The notes under the pieces: model-generated | The model's input: only the letters and a program-made list of their open reading frames with translations | The model's database searches: none | Told to the model about the DNA's origin: nothing | Part shown: positions 19,580-34,778 of the stretch, one piece after another | Layout: the number at the start of each line of letters is the position of its first letter | Position numbering within the stretch: position 1 is the stretch's first letter | Source of the DNA: Phoronis australis | Taxonomy: Eukaryota > Animalia > Phoronida | Reading direction: 5' to 3' | Assembly (NCBI GenBank): GCA_002633005.1 | Contig: NMRA01000184.1 | Span: forward strand, 127,255 to 191,254 | DNA: 64,000 nt | Position numbers and translations under genes: made by a program

Positions 19580-22500
19580 CATCCCCCTTATCACAACTCT
19601 CGTGGTTAAAGTAAACAGGGAAAATTTTATAACCATGTGTCCTGCAAATTTAAACAACTGCGTTTTAAGTGTGGCCTTTGGCTACTACTGTCGTGCAAGT
19701 GAAGAACATTCTCCAATAGCTGAGCAGAACAGGGAAATGTGCAAAGCAACTACAAGGAGCAATGTAGCTTGGTTGTGTTGTTTTATTGATGTAAGGTTAT
19801 CAGGCAAGTTCAAAATGTGGTTTACCACAGCCTGACCTTTCTATGTACTGAATACCTGTTGATATGTTTACATAATAGTGTGGTGGGGTTTAAGTACCTG
19901 CATTTACGCACTATTCTGAACAACTGGTCAGTATCTGTGAGTAATTCTAAACTGTTCAAACTTATTTAAGGACATTATTGACTTCAATATCCCTCTTCAT
20001 GTTTGAGGGACTGAAAGGTCATGCTGTCCAATTAATCAGTTTTCACCATGGGTGGTAAAAAGCTTCCCACATACTATAGAATGAGAAGGTCCAATATGAC
20101 TTTAGTCAACATGTTTCAGCCTGGGGGTTCTCAATCAACCTGGTGGTGTTGACAGTATTGCAGAACAAAAATTTTAATTATTTTTTTGAAGATTTGAACC
20201 ATTGATAGGCTTTTGCTATTTAGCCAATTTGAAGGTGTACTTTGTAAACATTTCTTTTAAATAGAAGGGATTATTAGGTGGAAGTATGGCCAATAAAAAG
20301 GTAGCGTCAGTTTGTGCAGCATGTATGCTTGCATGCTATTGCTTTCTGGGAAATTCAATGTTGAAGACTTATAGTTTGCCCAAGTCAGTGGTCAACATTC
20401 ACCAAGGACAATGGTAAGAACGATCATACCAGTTATGATAATTCATAACTGACTATCAGGGAGTATAGACAATCGAAACCGTCTGGCTCTGTCACACAAA
20501 AGTTCTGTGTTAAGTGTGAATGTAATCACATCAAACAGTTATGAAATACTAAGTCAATAAGATTAAAATAGCCAAACAACCAAGGGTTTTATCATCAGGT
20601 GCCTAGTTTAACCATTTTGCAACGCTGTTTGACTACGTAGAGGGGACAGTATGTGTGAGAGGTCATACTATTCAGTCAGAGTCACTTGTATTTACTGAAG
20701 AGTGGGCTCGTTTTATTAGCAACAAATCCATCGGTTTTGAACTTAAAAATCAAACATGAAACTTAAGTCCTAACTAGTTTCCTTTGCCTGTGGCACTGAA
20801 ATTGTGAAATGATATTAGTTATTGCTTTTGAATGAATTAAACTGTGAACAACCTCAGAATATTGTTTGCACGTGTTTCTCTGTCCTCTAGGTCACAGGTG
20901 TCAGGTCACCTTTGCTTATTACATGGTGTGACTGATATATACCAAATAGAAACTATCCCGTTACGGAATTCAGTGCTGACAATTTAACTAATTTTAAGAA
21001 GCCTTAGTTGATTTGACAAACCAGGACAACAGAATCTTTCGTCGAGCAAAATATGTGTCCAGTAGTTATGGAGTACGGATGTACTCAGAATAAAATGAAT
21101 TCTTTAAGAAAACACCAAAAAGTGCTCATGGCCAACATTATAAAATGGCAGATTATTTTTCACTCTACAAAAAGAGTCATTGAGTTTTGGTGAACATTTT
21201 AGGAAAACACTTTCATTATCCTTAAAGTGACAACAACATTTTTGCCGATGCCAATATCCTTTTCAAGCTAAGCTCTGCTGAACATGTGTATTTCCTTATT
21301 TATTGCAGTTATTTTTTACTGAATCCAACTAAATCCAATAAAAGCATGGGAGGGAACAAGAAAACCATAAGACCCAACTTCTGATTAATTTTGTCTAAAG
21401 ATACTCTTCCCGTTGAATTTTAGTAAAAAATCAAAAAACTTTAGTTGAAAATCTGTTCAGTCAAAATTCATTACCAAGCATGGCTTTTTCAAGAGTACAT
21501 CTACATTTAAAATTCAACGTATCACTGAATCTAGAAATTTTATGTAGAGCTTCCTAATTTCTTGTTGTAACCCTCAAAATGACTGTTGCAGTTGAATGAC
21601 ACTGTTTAATTTACTTCTTCAGGAAAAAATGGTTATAAACGCAAATGTCGTAATTTAGAAAATGATCCTGTTATAGTAGTATCTTTCTCTTAAAGATGTA
21701 TTTGCATGCTCCTAACTATGCTAACATATAGTAGGAACTAAACGACAATGCTATTTGAACATTATTGCTAATGTATAGCAGGAACTTAACGACAACGCTA
21801 TTTTAACATAATCTATGCCAAACAAAGTGCAGTTGTATTCATTGACAACATGTAAATGTGAAAACAAAAAATCTACAAATAGGTGACCTTTGCACTAATG
21901 ACGTACCTTGTAGGCTCACATCTGCAGTGTAATTCCACAGAGACACGGTTCGGTGATGATCTGCGGGGTTCATTTTCGTCACAAAACTCGTTCATAAGAA
22001 GCCTTTGGCAATTTTCAAATCTACTTCATGTTCACATTGTCACTATATGTTGTGTTTCTAACTAATTCGGTCAATCACAGAGATAAGAATTATTCTAAAT
22101 CCACTTAAAGTCTTTGATGACAATGTTGCTGTGGACTTTTTACGAGTGTTTCGTGAATGCAAATTGGTGAATCTTTATAAAACTGAAACTGTTCCAAGAT
22201 TATTGCCTGTTGAACCATAACCAAACAAGTTTGGTATTTTGAACTCTGACCTCCATAGTGGAAAGAGTTCATGACACATTTTGCCAGCATGGAATTGAAA
22301 ATATAATGGAATATATGTTTACATTTTTCTGGCATCTTCAATGCTCCATTCACTAATATAAATCGGTACGTCCTGAGGGTACATGGTTGAGAGTGTTGCC
22401 ACTCAAATGATCTTTTCTTTTCTGATTAAAATGGAAGTGGACAACTTTTTCTTTGAAGTTATATTAAATTTCATGACCCTTTTAATTCTAGTAAAATGGC

Positions 22501-23229
22501 CAAAGTTTAAGACTCATGACACATGACAAGATAACAAGACCCTAGAAAATAACCTTTTGTTGTAATGAATTTCTGTTGTTGCAAATCTCTTGGCTTTGAC
22601 TTGGTTTTGACTTTTGGTCAAAAGTGTTACAATTTAGTGCTCACATTTTGCCCATTTCTGTGAATACTATTGCATGAAACTTGGTTACATTACAGTTAAT
22701 CTTATTCATGATACATTCACATGTTGATGGGTTAGGATATTGTTTACAGCCAGATCCGCGATTAAGGAGGGTCATCAAATATTCTGCTAATTTAAAGTTG
22801 CATTTCGCCTTGTTTAGCTGGCTAAAAATGAAAATTAAATTAGGTTTTTAACTCTCATAAAATCGGTCTCAAAATACTCCCCTGGATTGCAGTGATAAAA
22901 TTCAGTTTCCGTTACCAATTTCAGTTAGAGGCAATGAGTACCTGTGCCATTTTGAAATTTGCATTTCAGATTTGGCGAATCCTAACAACTGTTCTATTAA
23001 AGTAAAAAGTCGTCGAGCAGGGGGTCCGGATCCCTCTCTATATGGACCCACTTCTTGGCGCTCCTGTTTTAACAGGAGCGCCAGGAAGCACTCCTTAGGT
23101 CGCACTGTGTTGTTCACTTGGCACGGGTACATGTTTTATCCATTCCAGATATCCCCATTTTCTACGGTCCCTCCATCAAAATATATATATTTAAAGTTGA
23201 GCGCTCTGTATTCACTTGCGTTAACAACC

Positions 23230-23531
23230 TCGCCAACGAGCACCAGTGTTCCTGTCGTGTTTATCTCTGATCGCAATGAACGATCCCCGAACCACAAGCT
23301 CCGCCCACTACGCCTTCAACGAGCACGCGCTGTGTAAGTCATTGACGTAGAATAACATTGGAGTAACTCGAGTTTACTACGGCTTACAAGACTTCTCGTT
23401 AATTGTGCGATCTCACTTTCAAAGTGTCTTGTTGAGAGGCCGCATGGTGCAGAGATGTAATCTTCGTCGCTTCGTTTGATTGCAAGGAACCCGGTGTTTC
23501 GGCGTTTTCATCACAAAAATTTTGTGGATAA
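23230..23531 (+). promoter_or_regulatory. Putative EVA1 promoter / 5' UTR
   Basis: CpG-rich; GC box CCGCCC near 23301, TGACGT near 23344; short uORF 23444-23479; directly upstream of the signal-peptide exon. Confidence 0.5.
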
Positions 23532-23625
23532 ATGTCCGAGCCAAACATGTGGTGGCTGCTCTCGTTAAAAACTTTACTCAGCTTGTTTACGTTTCTGGCG
23601 CCTACATTTTCAGCCTACAACTCCG
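23532..23625 (+). CDS. EVA1C: EVA-1/EVA1C-like receptor coding exon 1, signal peptide (MSEPNMWWLLSLKTLLSLFTFLAPTFSAYNS-G)
   Basis: ATG downstream of a CpG-rich promoter-like zone; hydrophobic signal peptide; consensus G|gtaagt phase-1 donor matching the phase-1 acceptor at 51819. The join across 28 kb is inferred. Confidence 0.75.
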
Positions 23626-26409
23626 GTAAGTTCACAATCTATGCTTTAGCTATTTGAGATGAAGATTCATTTACTAGATCGCCTTTGTGCATTGAACACA
23701 ACGTCCTTGTTTTATAACTCATTGCTTTGCCCGACCTGCAAAGGTATTGAAATTGAAACAGGTGAGATAAACATCCTGCAATGTTATCTGAAGGTGATTT
23801 AGTAAATGCAGGTTATCTTTAAGGCCATAGATCACTAGCTATTAACCATGCTGTCCACAGCAATGTAACGTTTTTCAAGCTTCAGTTAGACCCTTTTCTT
23901 GAATGATGAATAGGGTTTAGAAATGACCCCTATAAGACTCATTCTGAACTCTCCTTTGTTTACAATGTTGACTTTTACCCTATTGTTTGTTTACCAGAGT
24001 TCTTATGGCCACTGATTCAATTTAGCCTTACATAACTGGCAGTGAAATGCCAATCTGTTATTCCCAGTCAACAACAAGTAAACTGTGAATATTTTCACAC
24101 TAAATTGACTTTACTAACAGTGGGAACACAGGCATACTAAATGACTCCTCACTCTTAGGTCTTGACCCATGAATATATTGACACATGCCTTCAGTGTTTG
24201 ACTGAGGGCTCCTGAAATCGTATTCACAGTTCAGGTGTAGCAATTTTTGTAGCTAAAATCATTGTATTCAAATTTACATTGGTTAGTTGCATAGTACTGG
24301 ACATTTGGCAATAGGCCTTGTATATGCATGGAGAAGATTCCTTGGACTTAAGGCATATGGGGTGGCCAGTTAAAACTAAAGTCTTAACCTGAAGGTAATG
24401 TTTAACTGGTGAGCTCAGGGTCAGAGCTTGCTTTGTTTTGCCACTTGCTGGAATTTTAATTTGAATTTAACCTGCCAGTGAATATTAGTCTTGGCATTTT
24501 CTAGTTAGTAACATTCATTGTTTTTGCATAACCCTTTGATCCCGCCTCATGCCCATGATTTATTCCTAGGCGTTGAAACTTAATTGCAGTAAGGGTTTAT
24601 TAATGGTGAATTATTGTCATCCTACCCATTGTAAAGAGCTGTAATAAACCACTTTGAAGACATTGCTTTTAGTCCTCTGGGAATAATCAGTGTGGTGACT
24701 CAAGTTGTTGTCTTATGTGAAATATAAGCATGTGCAGTGTTTTCTTGTGATTTTTGGTTATATTTCTGAAAAGTTGTGCATTTCACCCTCAAGTATTGGT
24801 GTAGACACACTGTTAAAGATTGCTGTTTGTTGTAGTAACATGCGGGTAGCTCAAGACGAATACCAAATTGTAGCAATCCTAAACCACACAACAGCCTAGC
24901 TTCTTTAAACTTGATATCAATCAGAAGTTTTTTGACCTCAAAATAGATCATTAAAAATTTCAGAAGTTAAGCACCCATAATCTCGTCTTCTGTCAAAAAA
25001 AATATGATTTCGATATTTTACTAAACATAAAATTGGTGCTTGTTCCGTAAATGAGAGAATCTCACAAAAACACAGGATCGGGGAAGACTTAGCAAGATAT
25101 TGCTATGCATTACAAGTGAAACACATGATTGTATTAGCTTCCTTCGTGAGATTCTTTCAGCTATGGAACTCTGGTCTCGACTTTTTGGACGTCAGCGAAG
25201 GCAGTAGTAACAAGGGTCCACAAGAGCGTACAAACAAACACAATAGGTGATATCTATTGAGCACAATCTACTTGTTATTGCTTCAATCGAAGCTCTTCAA
25301 GTCTGGTTTGTCATGGCGTGTCATTTCATCTGCCGAGCATGGTCTGAATTACTGACTGTCAGTTCTCTGTAAGCTCAGAAATCAGTCCTCACCTGAGTAA
25401 GAAACAGTTCACACTTGAGTGAGGAATAGTTCACACCTGAATAAGGAACAGTTCAGACCAGTTTTAATGGAATAAGTGGTCTAAATCAAAAGTTTGCATT
25501 TTTTGGCGGGATGCGAGTTTATAGCCACTTTAAATAAGCTTGTCTCATCCATGGTGTGGAGTGTTGTTGGTGGTGCTTTTTCAGTTTGTTTCTTTCCTTT
25601 TTTAATTTGAAGTATTTTATGACAGAAATCTCTAAAAATAGCATAACTGATGAAAACATGGTCATTAGTTTTTGTGCTGTTTCACAGTTGGCCTGCAGCT
25701 GACAGTTTCCTCTTGAACTGTGTTTTGGTGGCAAATGCAATTTGTGCTTCAAAGAAAAAGAAACCCATTAGCAGGTTACGCCCTAGGACATGAATTTAGC
25801 GACATTTTTCTGTGCATTATACACAGTTCTACTTGGTTAGAGGGAAGTTATCTTGCTTTGTGTGTTTGAGTGAAGTTATTCAGCTTTCATGTTTAATGGT
25901 AGTCAAGGTCTTATGGCTTCTATCAGGGGGGTTACAGACATTGGGTACATTGAATTGTAAAGTGATAAAATCATGATAAAAAGGAATTCAAAGTAATTTT
26001 ATTTTTCAACATCTATGGGCGCTATTTACACCAGTGTATGGTTTAACATTTTGTCAAGTTAAGTTTTTCCTTCGGGGCATCATTCAAAGATCTGCACGCA
26101 GGTTTGATCTCTGTCCTTGTCAGCTGTCAAAAATTGTTTCTTAAACCTGGCCAATTTGAAGAAATTGCTCAAATTATACGGCTTTTAAGTGGTGGGAAAA
26201 TACCAATTTCAAGCGCAAGAGTTTTGCTTCGCAAGCAGTTCTCTAATCAGGCTTTGAAGCCAATTACAGTTGGTTTGTTCCCAAGTGCCACCCTCTTATG
26301 TTAATTCACAATATGTCTGGTCAAATTTCATTATGCGTAAATGTGTTTCTTTTGTGGGAAAGCAAGAAAGGTGAAAGTTCAACTGTTTACTCCAGCTCCT
26401 GTGTTCTAA

Positions 26410-26912
26410 AGGCCTTTTCATACTGACTTAACTCCGGTCTAAGCGGAGCGTCGACATTAACTGCAAAGTTAACTAAACCGTTCATATTTGCTACCGTAGT
26501 TAAGGAACATTGAAGTAAACGGCAAGTGATGCTGTTGTCATCGCAGTAATCGCAAGGTAGCGCTGCACGCAAAGATTTTTTAATGTGACAATTTGGGAAC
26601 ATTTACATGTGCTACTTGATATTAAACTTATTTTTAATTCGATTGGTGATTATTTGAGCAAAATGCAACCAACTATTAGTGACTACACTCCTGAAATTGT
26701 TGACGATAACAGTGGCACCTGGCGATAACTTCGATGGCACCCAAGTTGACCGTTCATACTGCACCACAGCATCGACGCTGCGCTGTTAAATCCACCTGTT
26801 AACTGCGATGTTAATTGGAGCTGTTGACTTCTATACAGGACCGAAGTTAAGCGTTCATACTGACCGCAACTCCCCAAACCAACGACTCATCGATGTTAGT
26901 ATGAAAAGCCCT
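26410..26912 (+). mobile_element. PIF/Harbinger-like MITE family A, copy 1
   Basis: TIR AGGCCTTTTCATACTGAC / GTTAGTATGAAAAGCCCT; colinear with 54347-54852 and (reverse) 36951-37892. Confidence 0.85.
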
Positions 26913-29900
26913 TATATTTTGTCACCAGATTAAAAATTGAAATGCAGACATTTATTTTATCTTCTTTGTCCGCTATCTGTCCTACATTTGACTTTCTGGT
27001 ATGGCAATGGAAATAAAAAAATCCACTGCTGTTGACAAGTGGTTGTTTTTGTGACAGGGCTAACAGAATAATCTAATCAGTTGTCTTAAAACATCAACCA
27101 TTTTTTTTTCTTGACCTCACACTGTGTATAGGTTGTTTCTATACCTTGCTATGTTTTGGATGTTGTTCTGTTTTCCATCTCTGAAAATCTCTTAGGGTTT
27201 GATTGAGGCTTGTCGTGCAGGCAGAATTAAGAAAAAATATTGGTGAGAAAATTAATTCAGTGCTTGGAGGCTATGGAAATGAGCAGTCTCTGAGCAAACA
27301 ATGCAACCGTCCTTTGCACTGTGTGGTATGTTCAAGAACATGTTTGTTTTGAGCCTTGAAAATGATACAAGTAGAAAAGGTATTTTTTTCCTACCAACAA
27401 GATACGCTCTCTATTCTGTTGCATTTGATGCGGATGACATCATTCAATCTTAACAACCCACTTCCACCTGTTTGATTAAGAAACACTGATGCTTTGTTTG
27501 TTTCTAATACTTGCACTAGGTATAAACTATACATGTGTGTGTTTACAGTATCATTTTTCCAAATGTCTTGTAAACAGTGTAATCCCTTTGAAGCTAAGAC
27601 TAGAACAGAACTTGGTTTGTTCCATTTAGGTGGTCCATCCTTGCCACAAGCAATACTAGGCCATCTCCAAGCTTTGTGTACCACATTGATTCAATGGGTA
27701 TTACTCATTGCACAAACAACCAGTGATCCACAGAGCAATAATGAGATGATTGTGACCATCATATTAAAAGTGGTTGAGGTTTTGATACATACATGATGGC
27801 AGTTATCTCCCCTACCATTTAGGACAAAGATTTCCCCTTATTTTGAACAAAATTGCCAGAATTGCCTTCTCTATTTTTCAAGGGCTGATTATCCTACTGG
27901 AAATAGCGGAAACTTCTCTAAGTGTTGATTTATGGCATACTCAGTACAAACCATTCCAATTATAGACTAACATTGCAATAATCATTATTTTTCTCAAGAA
28001 ACTTTACAATAACAATATTTGTCTGCCATAATGTGCTGAATAGGCTGGCATATTAAAAAAGTCAATCTTTACTCTTTTTTTCAAATGTCTCTAATATTAT
28101 TATAAATGCCCACAGTTTCACAAAACAATGCCTGGTGGTAGCTATGGCATGACACTTTAAAATGGTGACATGTTTATTTAATCTTTTATGAAAAAATGAA
28201 AAATTAAAATTTCCCTTTCCTGCTTGTTGTATGCTTGAAATTTTGCAGAGGTTGTCATGCATAAGGTTTGAAATGACAGGTCAAAATGTATTTGTGTTAC
28301 TGTTGGAATAAGGTGTGGATTTGCTGTAGTATTTTTAATAAACTGTCTTATTGTGATACATTTTTGATTGTTTTCATGGAATTCTACCAGATGTAATTGT
28401 TATACAAGCTTCAGCAGAAATCAATATATTTGATAATTTTATTACCATTGCTATGACAATTAAAATATGCAGTTCATTGAGTATTTGTTTTCTTTTTTTG
28501 AAGAAATATTGCTTACGTAGTTTAATTTAAATTCTCTAAACACTGTTAATTGTAGCATTATATCAGGGCCCTTGGTGCCTTGATTTTGGGGCCAAATGTC
28601 AATCGCTTTACCGTATCAAAAATATTTTAAGTATTACATGAAATTCCCTTCATTAGACCCAAAGCTTCTCCTCCAGTTATTAAAACTTCTCCTCAGGTTT
28701 GAGTCACTTATAACAAAAGATTTCATTTCCGCTGAGGGTGTGGCGAGCGGGGGTGGGAGGGGTAATTTTCCCTTCAAAAAATTCCCCTCACAAGTCATAG
28801 GTGCTTCACCCAGGCTAGAAAGGGTCCTACAGAGAACTTGAACTGACAATTTATCTAAAAAGTTTGGATAGGGACCTTCTTGATAAAACATTGTTAAGAA
28901 TCAGTTAAGTGGTGCTTGTTTTAGTGAGATTCACCAAGATCTTATACTGTATAATCTAGCATTCAACTTAGGTGGCCAGCCAACAGATGGTGAAACCTTG
29001 TGCAGATGAAAACTACAAGATTATTACAGTTCAGCAGATGCGTACTGTTTGCTAATCTGAGCAGTTTTATTACTGGAGAAAAAGTGGCATCTTTTTAGTT
29101 AACACCCTGGAACTATGTCGTGGCTATCAAAAATGAAAAGATTTGAAATGTAGTTACGAAATTGAACAGTCCATTAGGCTATTAACTTGCTTCATCTCGT
29201 CCAAGTCTAGTAAATTTTCTCAAAATTGATCAAATGGAAACCCTATTGGATGCTGATAGATTCTGAATCGGTTTTGAGTGACATCGTTCTCCATAGTTAC
29301 TAAGGCAATGAGACTGGATCCAAACACAGAGGTTCTGTTTCTCTAACAAACAACAGATGACACTGCCCTGTGCTTCCAGATGAAGATTTGTGTGGGGCTG
29401 AGGTGACTTCAACCCATTAATGTGATTTTTAAAAAGTTAAGCACTACTAGACGAAGATTTGAGTGCTGCTGCATAATAGACATCACCTCATTTACGTGAA
29501 CTTTCAGTTTCTTAACGAAAATGCAAAATGGATTGCACTGTCTTAGAATCAGTTTGATTCAATGTTTTTGTTAGGCGACAATGTCAGTCACAAGCTATTG
29601 ATTCTTGCAACACTATCCCAAGCATACTGCCTCCCATTTATGGCCTGCTAATTCGCCGAACTTGTCGAAAATTTTTGAGTCATTCTGAAAACGTGTGTTT
29701 GTGAGAACTTGAAAGATCTTACTGTCGCTACTTGAGCCTGGTTCTACTTGACTGTATTTACTTAGATTTCTAGACCCTTGGAGACGTTTCGTCTCCTTCA
29801 ATGGGCGTGATGCTGACTACTAGAAGCGGAAACTTGAAAGATCGCATTCTGGATTCATGAAACTTAAACTGTGTCTTATCTTGTCAACAGCATGCCACAG

Positions 29901-32290
29901 AGACTTGCAAAACTTAAGTAGCATTGACGGACGGAAAAAAACAAGTATTAGAGTGGATAAAAAATAAACCCCTTTTATTAATCTTGCTGAGTGCTCATCA
30001 TCTTAAAAACCAGTTGCAAACTTTTTAGATATCCTGTAGACTAGACACCTGGTCTCTGCTGGATAACAAGCAATCTGTGCATGACAACAATGGCTTCAGG
30101 CTATGTGCACCACAAGGCTTTTTGATGACCTGCTACAGTGATACCCTTGTTGAAGAAAATTTACCTTCAGACTCGAAGGGGGGGAAATAGTGAAATTAAG
30201 GAAAAATAACATAATCTAAAAAATGGTAAAACTATTAGCGAGTCCAACTACTGTGCTGTCCCCTAGTGGGGATTTTGTTTTCTTTTGCATCTGCGGTCGA
30301 ATCTCCTGAACCTTTGAAGGAGCTTTGTGAAATTTGAAAGATGTGTTCCTATGGAGCTGACAACAGATGGTAACTAATCCAAATACTGCTGTGCCCCCTA
30401 GTCGCAAAATGTTTTTTACATTTGCCTCAGTATCTTCAGAGTTACTGGGAAATTACTTAGTTTTCTGCAGATAAGATTGGGTATGTATAATTTGGAAATC
30501 ACTTTGAGGACCAAAAATCCAAGTATATGCCCAGGCATCAATTTCAAAGTGACGAATATACTCCCAGGTATATCTACACTGTAGTCTGTAGTCTGAATCC
30601 GAATTGAAACCAAGAGTGTGATTGCACAATGGTGTTGGTCAATGTATGATTTACCCCAACAGTTGCGTTTTTGTGTCCATTTCCTATGAAACTCAGGAAA
30701 GTTTTGGGGTTTAAGCATGCATATTTTTCTGTTTTTCTGAAATGTGTTCTCTGCCCACTGGACATATGTGCAGTAAATTGTAAGATGAATCTGCACTTTT
30801 AAATGAATGGAATTCCTAGCATCTGTGTAATGTAGAAATTTTTGTGTGATGAAATAAGGAATTTGTACTCATATGTGGAAACCCCCAACCCCCCTCCCCC
30901 CCCCACACACACCCCTCTTATCATCTCGGGGGACACTTTTTTTGTAGGTTTTTGTTCAAATTCAGGTAAGCTTCTTGTAAACAGCTTGAAGCCATATGTG
31001 TACTCTGATCCCATTTTGTGAAGGCTGTTTATCACTCAAACAAAGGTAATTTAGATTGGTCTCAGTGCATCATGCCCATAATATCCCTGATAAGGAGACA
31101 CTAATTTGTTGTTCTTTGCTCTTTAACTGTGCCTTTCAGCCTCATGTTTTGTAACATTAGCTTCAGTTTGCTATAACAAAGGCTGTTAGGGAGCCACTGA
31201 TTCAGTATACCCCTAGCCAGTTTTATATTCAACAGATGCCACTGAGCAGGATAAGGCACTGCTAATCCATCCATTGTGTTGCCACAAGATACTATCTATT
31301 GTCTTCTGAATTTTAAGTCTCCTGTACCTGTCCAGGAATGCATTCAGCAAAGCTAGAATCAATTTGAGATCATGGAAGTCTTGTGGAATATCCCTATGCA
31401 TACAAAGGAAGTCAACTTAGCTTTCACTCACTAACCAGTTAGAGTATTGAACATGCCTCAGGGTGCACCCTCTGTTTACAATTTTGTATCAAGTTGGTAG
31501 AAATAGTGTCTTGATGATATGACGGTGTCATTATTGGAAATTTAAGCCAAAAAAGGTTAATTTGCAAATATCCTGTTGTAGTAGTTATCTGATAAGATGT
31601 CAGATTTTCAGAATGTTGTCTTATGTCTATCTGAATCAAGTGCAAAACACTTGAGGCTTATTTCCCCTGAAATATAACTTTTTACTTATCTGCCATGAAA
31701 CTTGCAAGTAACTACGATTTAGTTTTGTTTTTTTAATTCACGGCAAGAAACCCATGAACTAGCAAAAGTCCCAGGTATGTAACCAGAGGGGGAGTCCAGG
31801 GAGTACAAACCCCCTGCTCAGTATTTTTTTTTGCTTTTAGAATAGAGGAATCTTATAAGCACCCTATGTTTGTCCCATGTTGGCTCCTCTGGAGTGTACC
31901 GTAGATTCGTGGCTGCCTGCATATTATTAAAGGCCTACCAATAAGGAGCTCTTCTAAGATTTGAAAACTGGGGATCTAAATTTGCAGGACTGACTCTCAA
32001 CATAAGTGGGGAGTTAATATGTTATTATCCTGACATCACAGGGCAGATATTTATTCCCCCAAAAATAAAACTGGCCTACCTGTTGGTAGCCATGACAACC
32101 ACTATGGGTCTCTGCTACCAACTAAAACCAAAAGTGACTTTCAGCAATGAGCTCAGCTAATTGCCATCAGCAAGGCTAGTTAGTGTATCATGAGTTTAAC
32201 ACAGCCGCACAGGTCTGCGTGGGATATTACCACACATTGGGACTATGCAAGCGATCAGATAATGAACTCGCTAGCTTTTACATAGGTTTT

Positions 32291-32721
32291 AGTGCCGTTT
32301 ACTCTACAAAAGTTGATACGGATCAGCTGACACGGAACGAGTTGTTCCAGCACAAGTATGTGTGTAAACAGGACTGAACTGAAGCAAGTTGACACCGCGG
32401 TGACAACTTTTGCCACCTGTTTGTGAGGTAGAGCAATTTGCGCTACAACATCTTGCTCCGTGTCAATTATGTGTCTAAACGCGAAACTGGGGCAAGGTGG
32501 AAAGGACCATCTTTACTGCGCTTGTGTAATGACCTAAATACAGGTTCTCTGTGTCTTCAACTATCGTCATTTGTAAATCTGCGCATGTGTGATCCACTCT
32601 CCAGCCTACAATTTCCGTCTTGCCACAGTTAGTGAGTTGTGTGTGTAAACGGATGCTTGACACCTATGAATTTGCTCTGTGTCAGTTGCGCGGGGCCAAA
32701 AGTTGATGTCTAAACGGGACT
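32291..32721 (+). mobile_element. PIF/Harbinger-like MITE family B
   Basis: TIR AGTGCCGTTTAC / GTCTAAACGGGACT; homologous to 37347-37769 and 50863-51285. Confidence 0.85.
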
Positions 32722-33142
32722 ATAGTGTCACTGAATCCACCTTTGGAGTGTTTTTGCATTACCAGATAATCGGTAAATATATAAATTAAATTCTTTTTGT
32801 TCCTGTTCATGATCTGTACAATTTGGCTCCTTCCTCAATGAACCATATCCTCTCTGTCTCCATGGAGGCAATGACCATTAAGCATTGATGTTTATGATGT
32901 CTTCATTCTTCATGAAATATGTGTAGTGACTGTGAAATGAGGTTTGTGGGTGTTGTAGCCTGTTTTTGTCTTAATTAGTTTTGCAGGCAACACCTGATAC
33001 AAGTCTAATTTTCCATAAGTGCTTGTTCGGGGAATAGTTTGTACCAGTGGATGCAATGTAGCCTGCAATAAAAATTTCCTGTTACTTTTTGACATGATGT
33101 TCTCTTAGAATTTGAGTCGTACCAAGTGTAAGGAAACAATAA

Positions 33143-33300
33143 CGTGAGGATTTTGGTGATTAAATGATTTGTTTTAACAATGGTATCTTAAAAAAGTGAG
33201 GATTTTGGTGATTAATTGATTTGTTTTAACAAATGGTATCTAAATAAAACTTGAGGATTTTGGTGATCAAATGATTTGTTTTAACAAATGGTATCCAAAT
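33143..33300. repeat. About 54-bp tandem repeat x3 (GAGGATTTTGGTGATTAAATGATTTGTTTTAACAAATGGTATC...)
   Basis: Three direct copies seen. Confidence 0.9.
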
Positions 33301-34778
33301 AATAAGTAGAGTTTGCTTTCATTTGGAAAATGAAAATTTTACCTTTTTGGATAGTTTTAAGTATCAAATTAAAGAGGTCATGTCCTAAATTCAGAAAATG
33401 TCATGGAACTTCAGCTTGCATTACCTTTGTTCTAAATTGGAACTTGAGTTTTTGCTTAGTGAGTAATTCTGTCAGGTACCAAATAATCCCGTTATTGAAA
33501 TGAAAAACTGAAAAGCATGTTTTTGAAGTGAAACCGACTGGTGGACATCAGACGGGGAACAAGTCTAAGTTGATGTCGGATGTATTAAATATTACAAAAC
33601 TGAAAATTTTTAATCAGTAAAAGTATACGTCTTCTGAAAGTTGCAAAGTCCATAGAATTAGATTTTGTACTATTGTGACATTTATTGGTTCACACTAACA
33701 AGGGAGTAGATTGATGGCGAAGTAATGATGTCTTGAACATGAACAAATTACATGGAAATGCTCAAGATCAAGTGTCAGTTTTCTAAATTATCATTTTGTT
33801 TTAGTTTTTTGTGACAGCAATAAAAGTCCTATTTTTGATAGCCCCTCGTGCAAAATGGAACATTTTAACCATTTCCTGACTGCGTTTTGGTGAATAGTGC
33901 ATAAAGCATACCCAAATTTGGACATTGTTCTAGGGTCCTTCATAATCTCAGAAAGTTAATTAATTAAAGAATGAAGCAGTTTATTAAGCCAAAAATTAGC
34001 AATATGGACTGTTATTTCACCCGCTGAATAATCACATTGTGTGAAATGTCTTAAGGTGATAGTCTACCTAAACAGCACTGAATATACCTCCATAGATGAT
34101 TGCATTTGTGAACCATTGTAAATTTGAGGTATGACAACAACACAAGTGGTGTTTCCTAATGAGATAATAGCCTGAAATAGGCTGTACCTCCACTTCTACC
34201 CCACTGGCTGTCTATTATGAAGGATAACTTGCTTGTCGAACTCCTAGCTCATTATCAACTCAAGCGAAGGACAGATAACTCTTTCCTCTCTTCAAAGGCA
34301 GACTTTCTGTCAAAAGTCCATTTATGAATGAAGACAATTTTAGTTCAGGACAGCCACTGAGAAAATTGCTGATTTCGTGCCATTGCCGGAATTGTAGGGT
34401 CTGTCATATTTTAGCATTCAACAAAAACATGAATATTGATGAAACATAACTGTTGCCTCCATAGCAAGGTAAAAGTTTCATCACTTTTTCAATCTCTGTT
34501 CTCGGGAATTTACCTGGAAGTTTTTATCAGCATTCTGATGGCTGTCTACATTACTTCTGCTTGCTATGAATCACCCTGTGTTACCAATTAACATTTAGAC
34601 ATCTGTTTTTGTTCCCAATAGAAAAAGTCAGTTCGTCCAATGTACATTAAGACTTGCATGATTTTAAACTCCATTATTCTTAGTGAGTAAAGAAATGCAA
34701 TTACGAAAAGTGGATTTTAAAGGGGCATTTAACTGCTGCTCAGCTGTCAAGGTTGAATTCTTAACCAAAGTGCTTTGT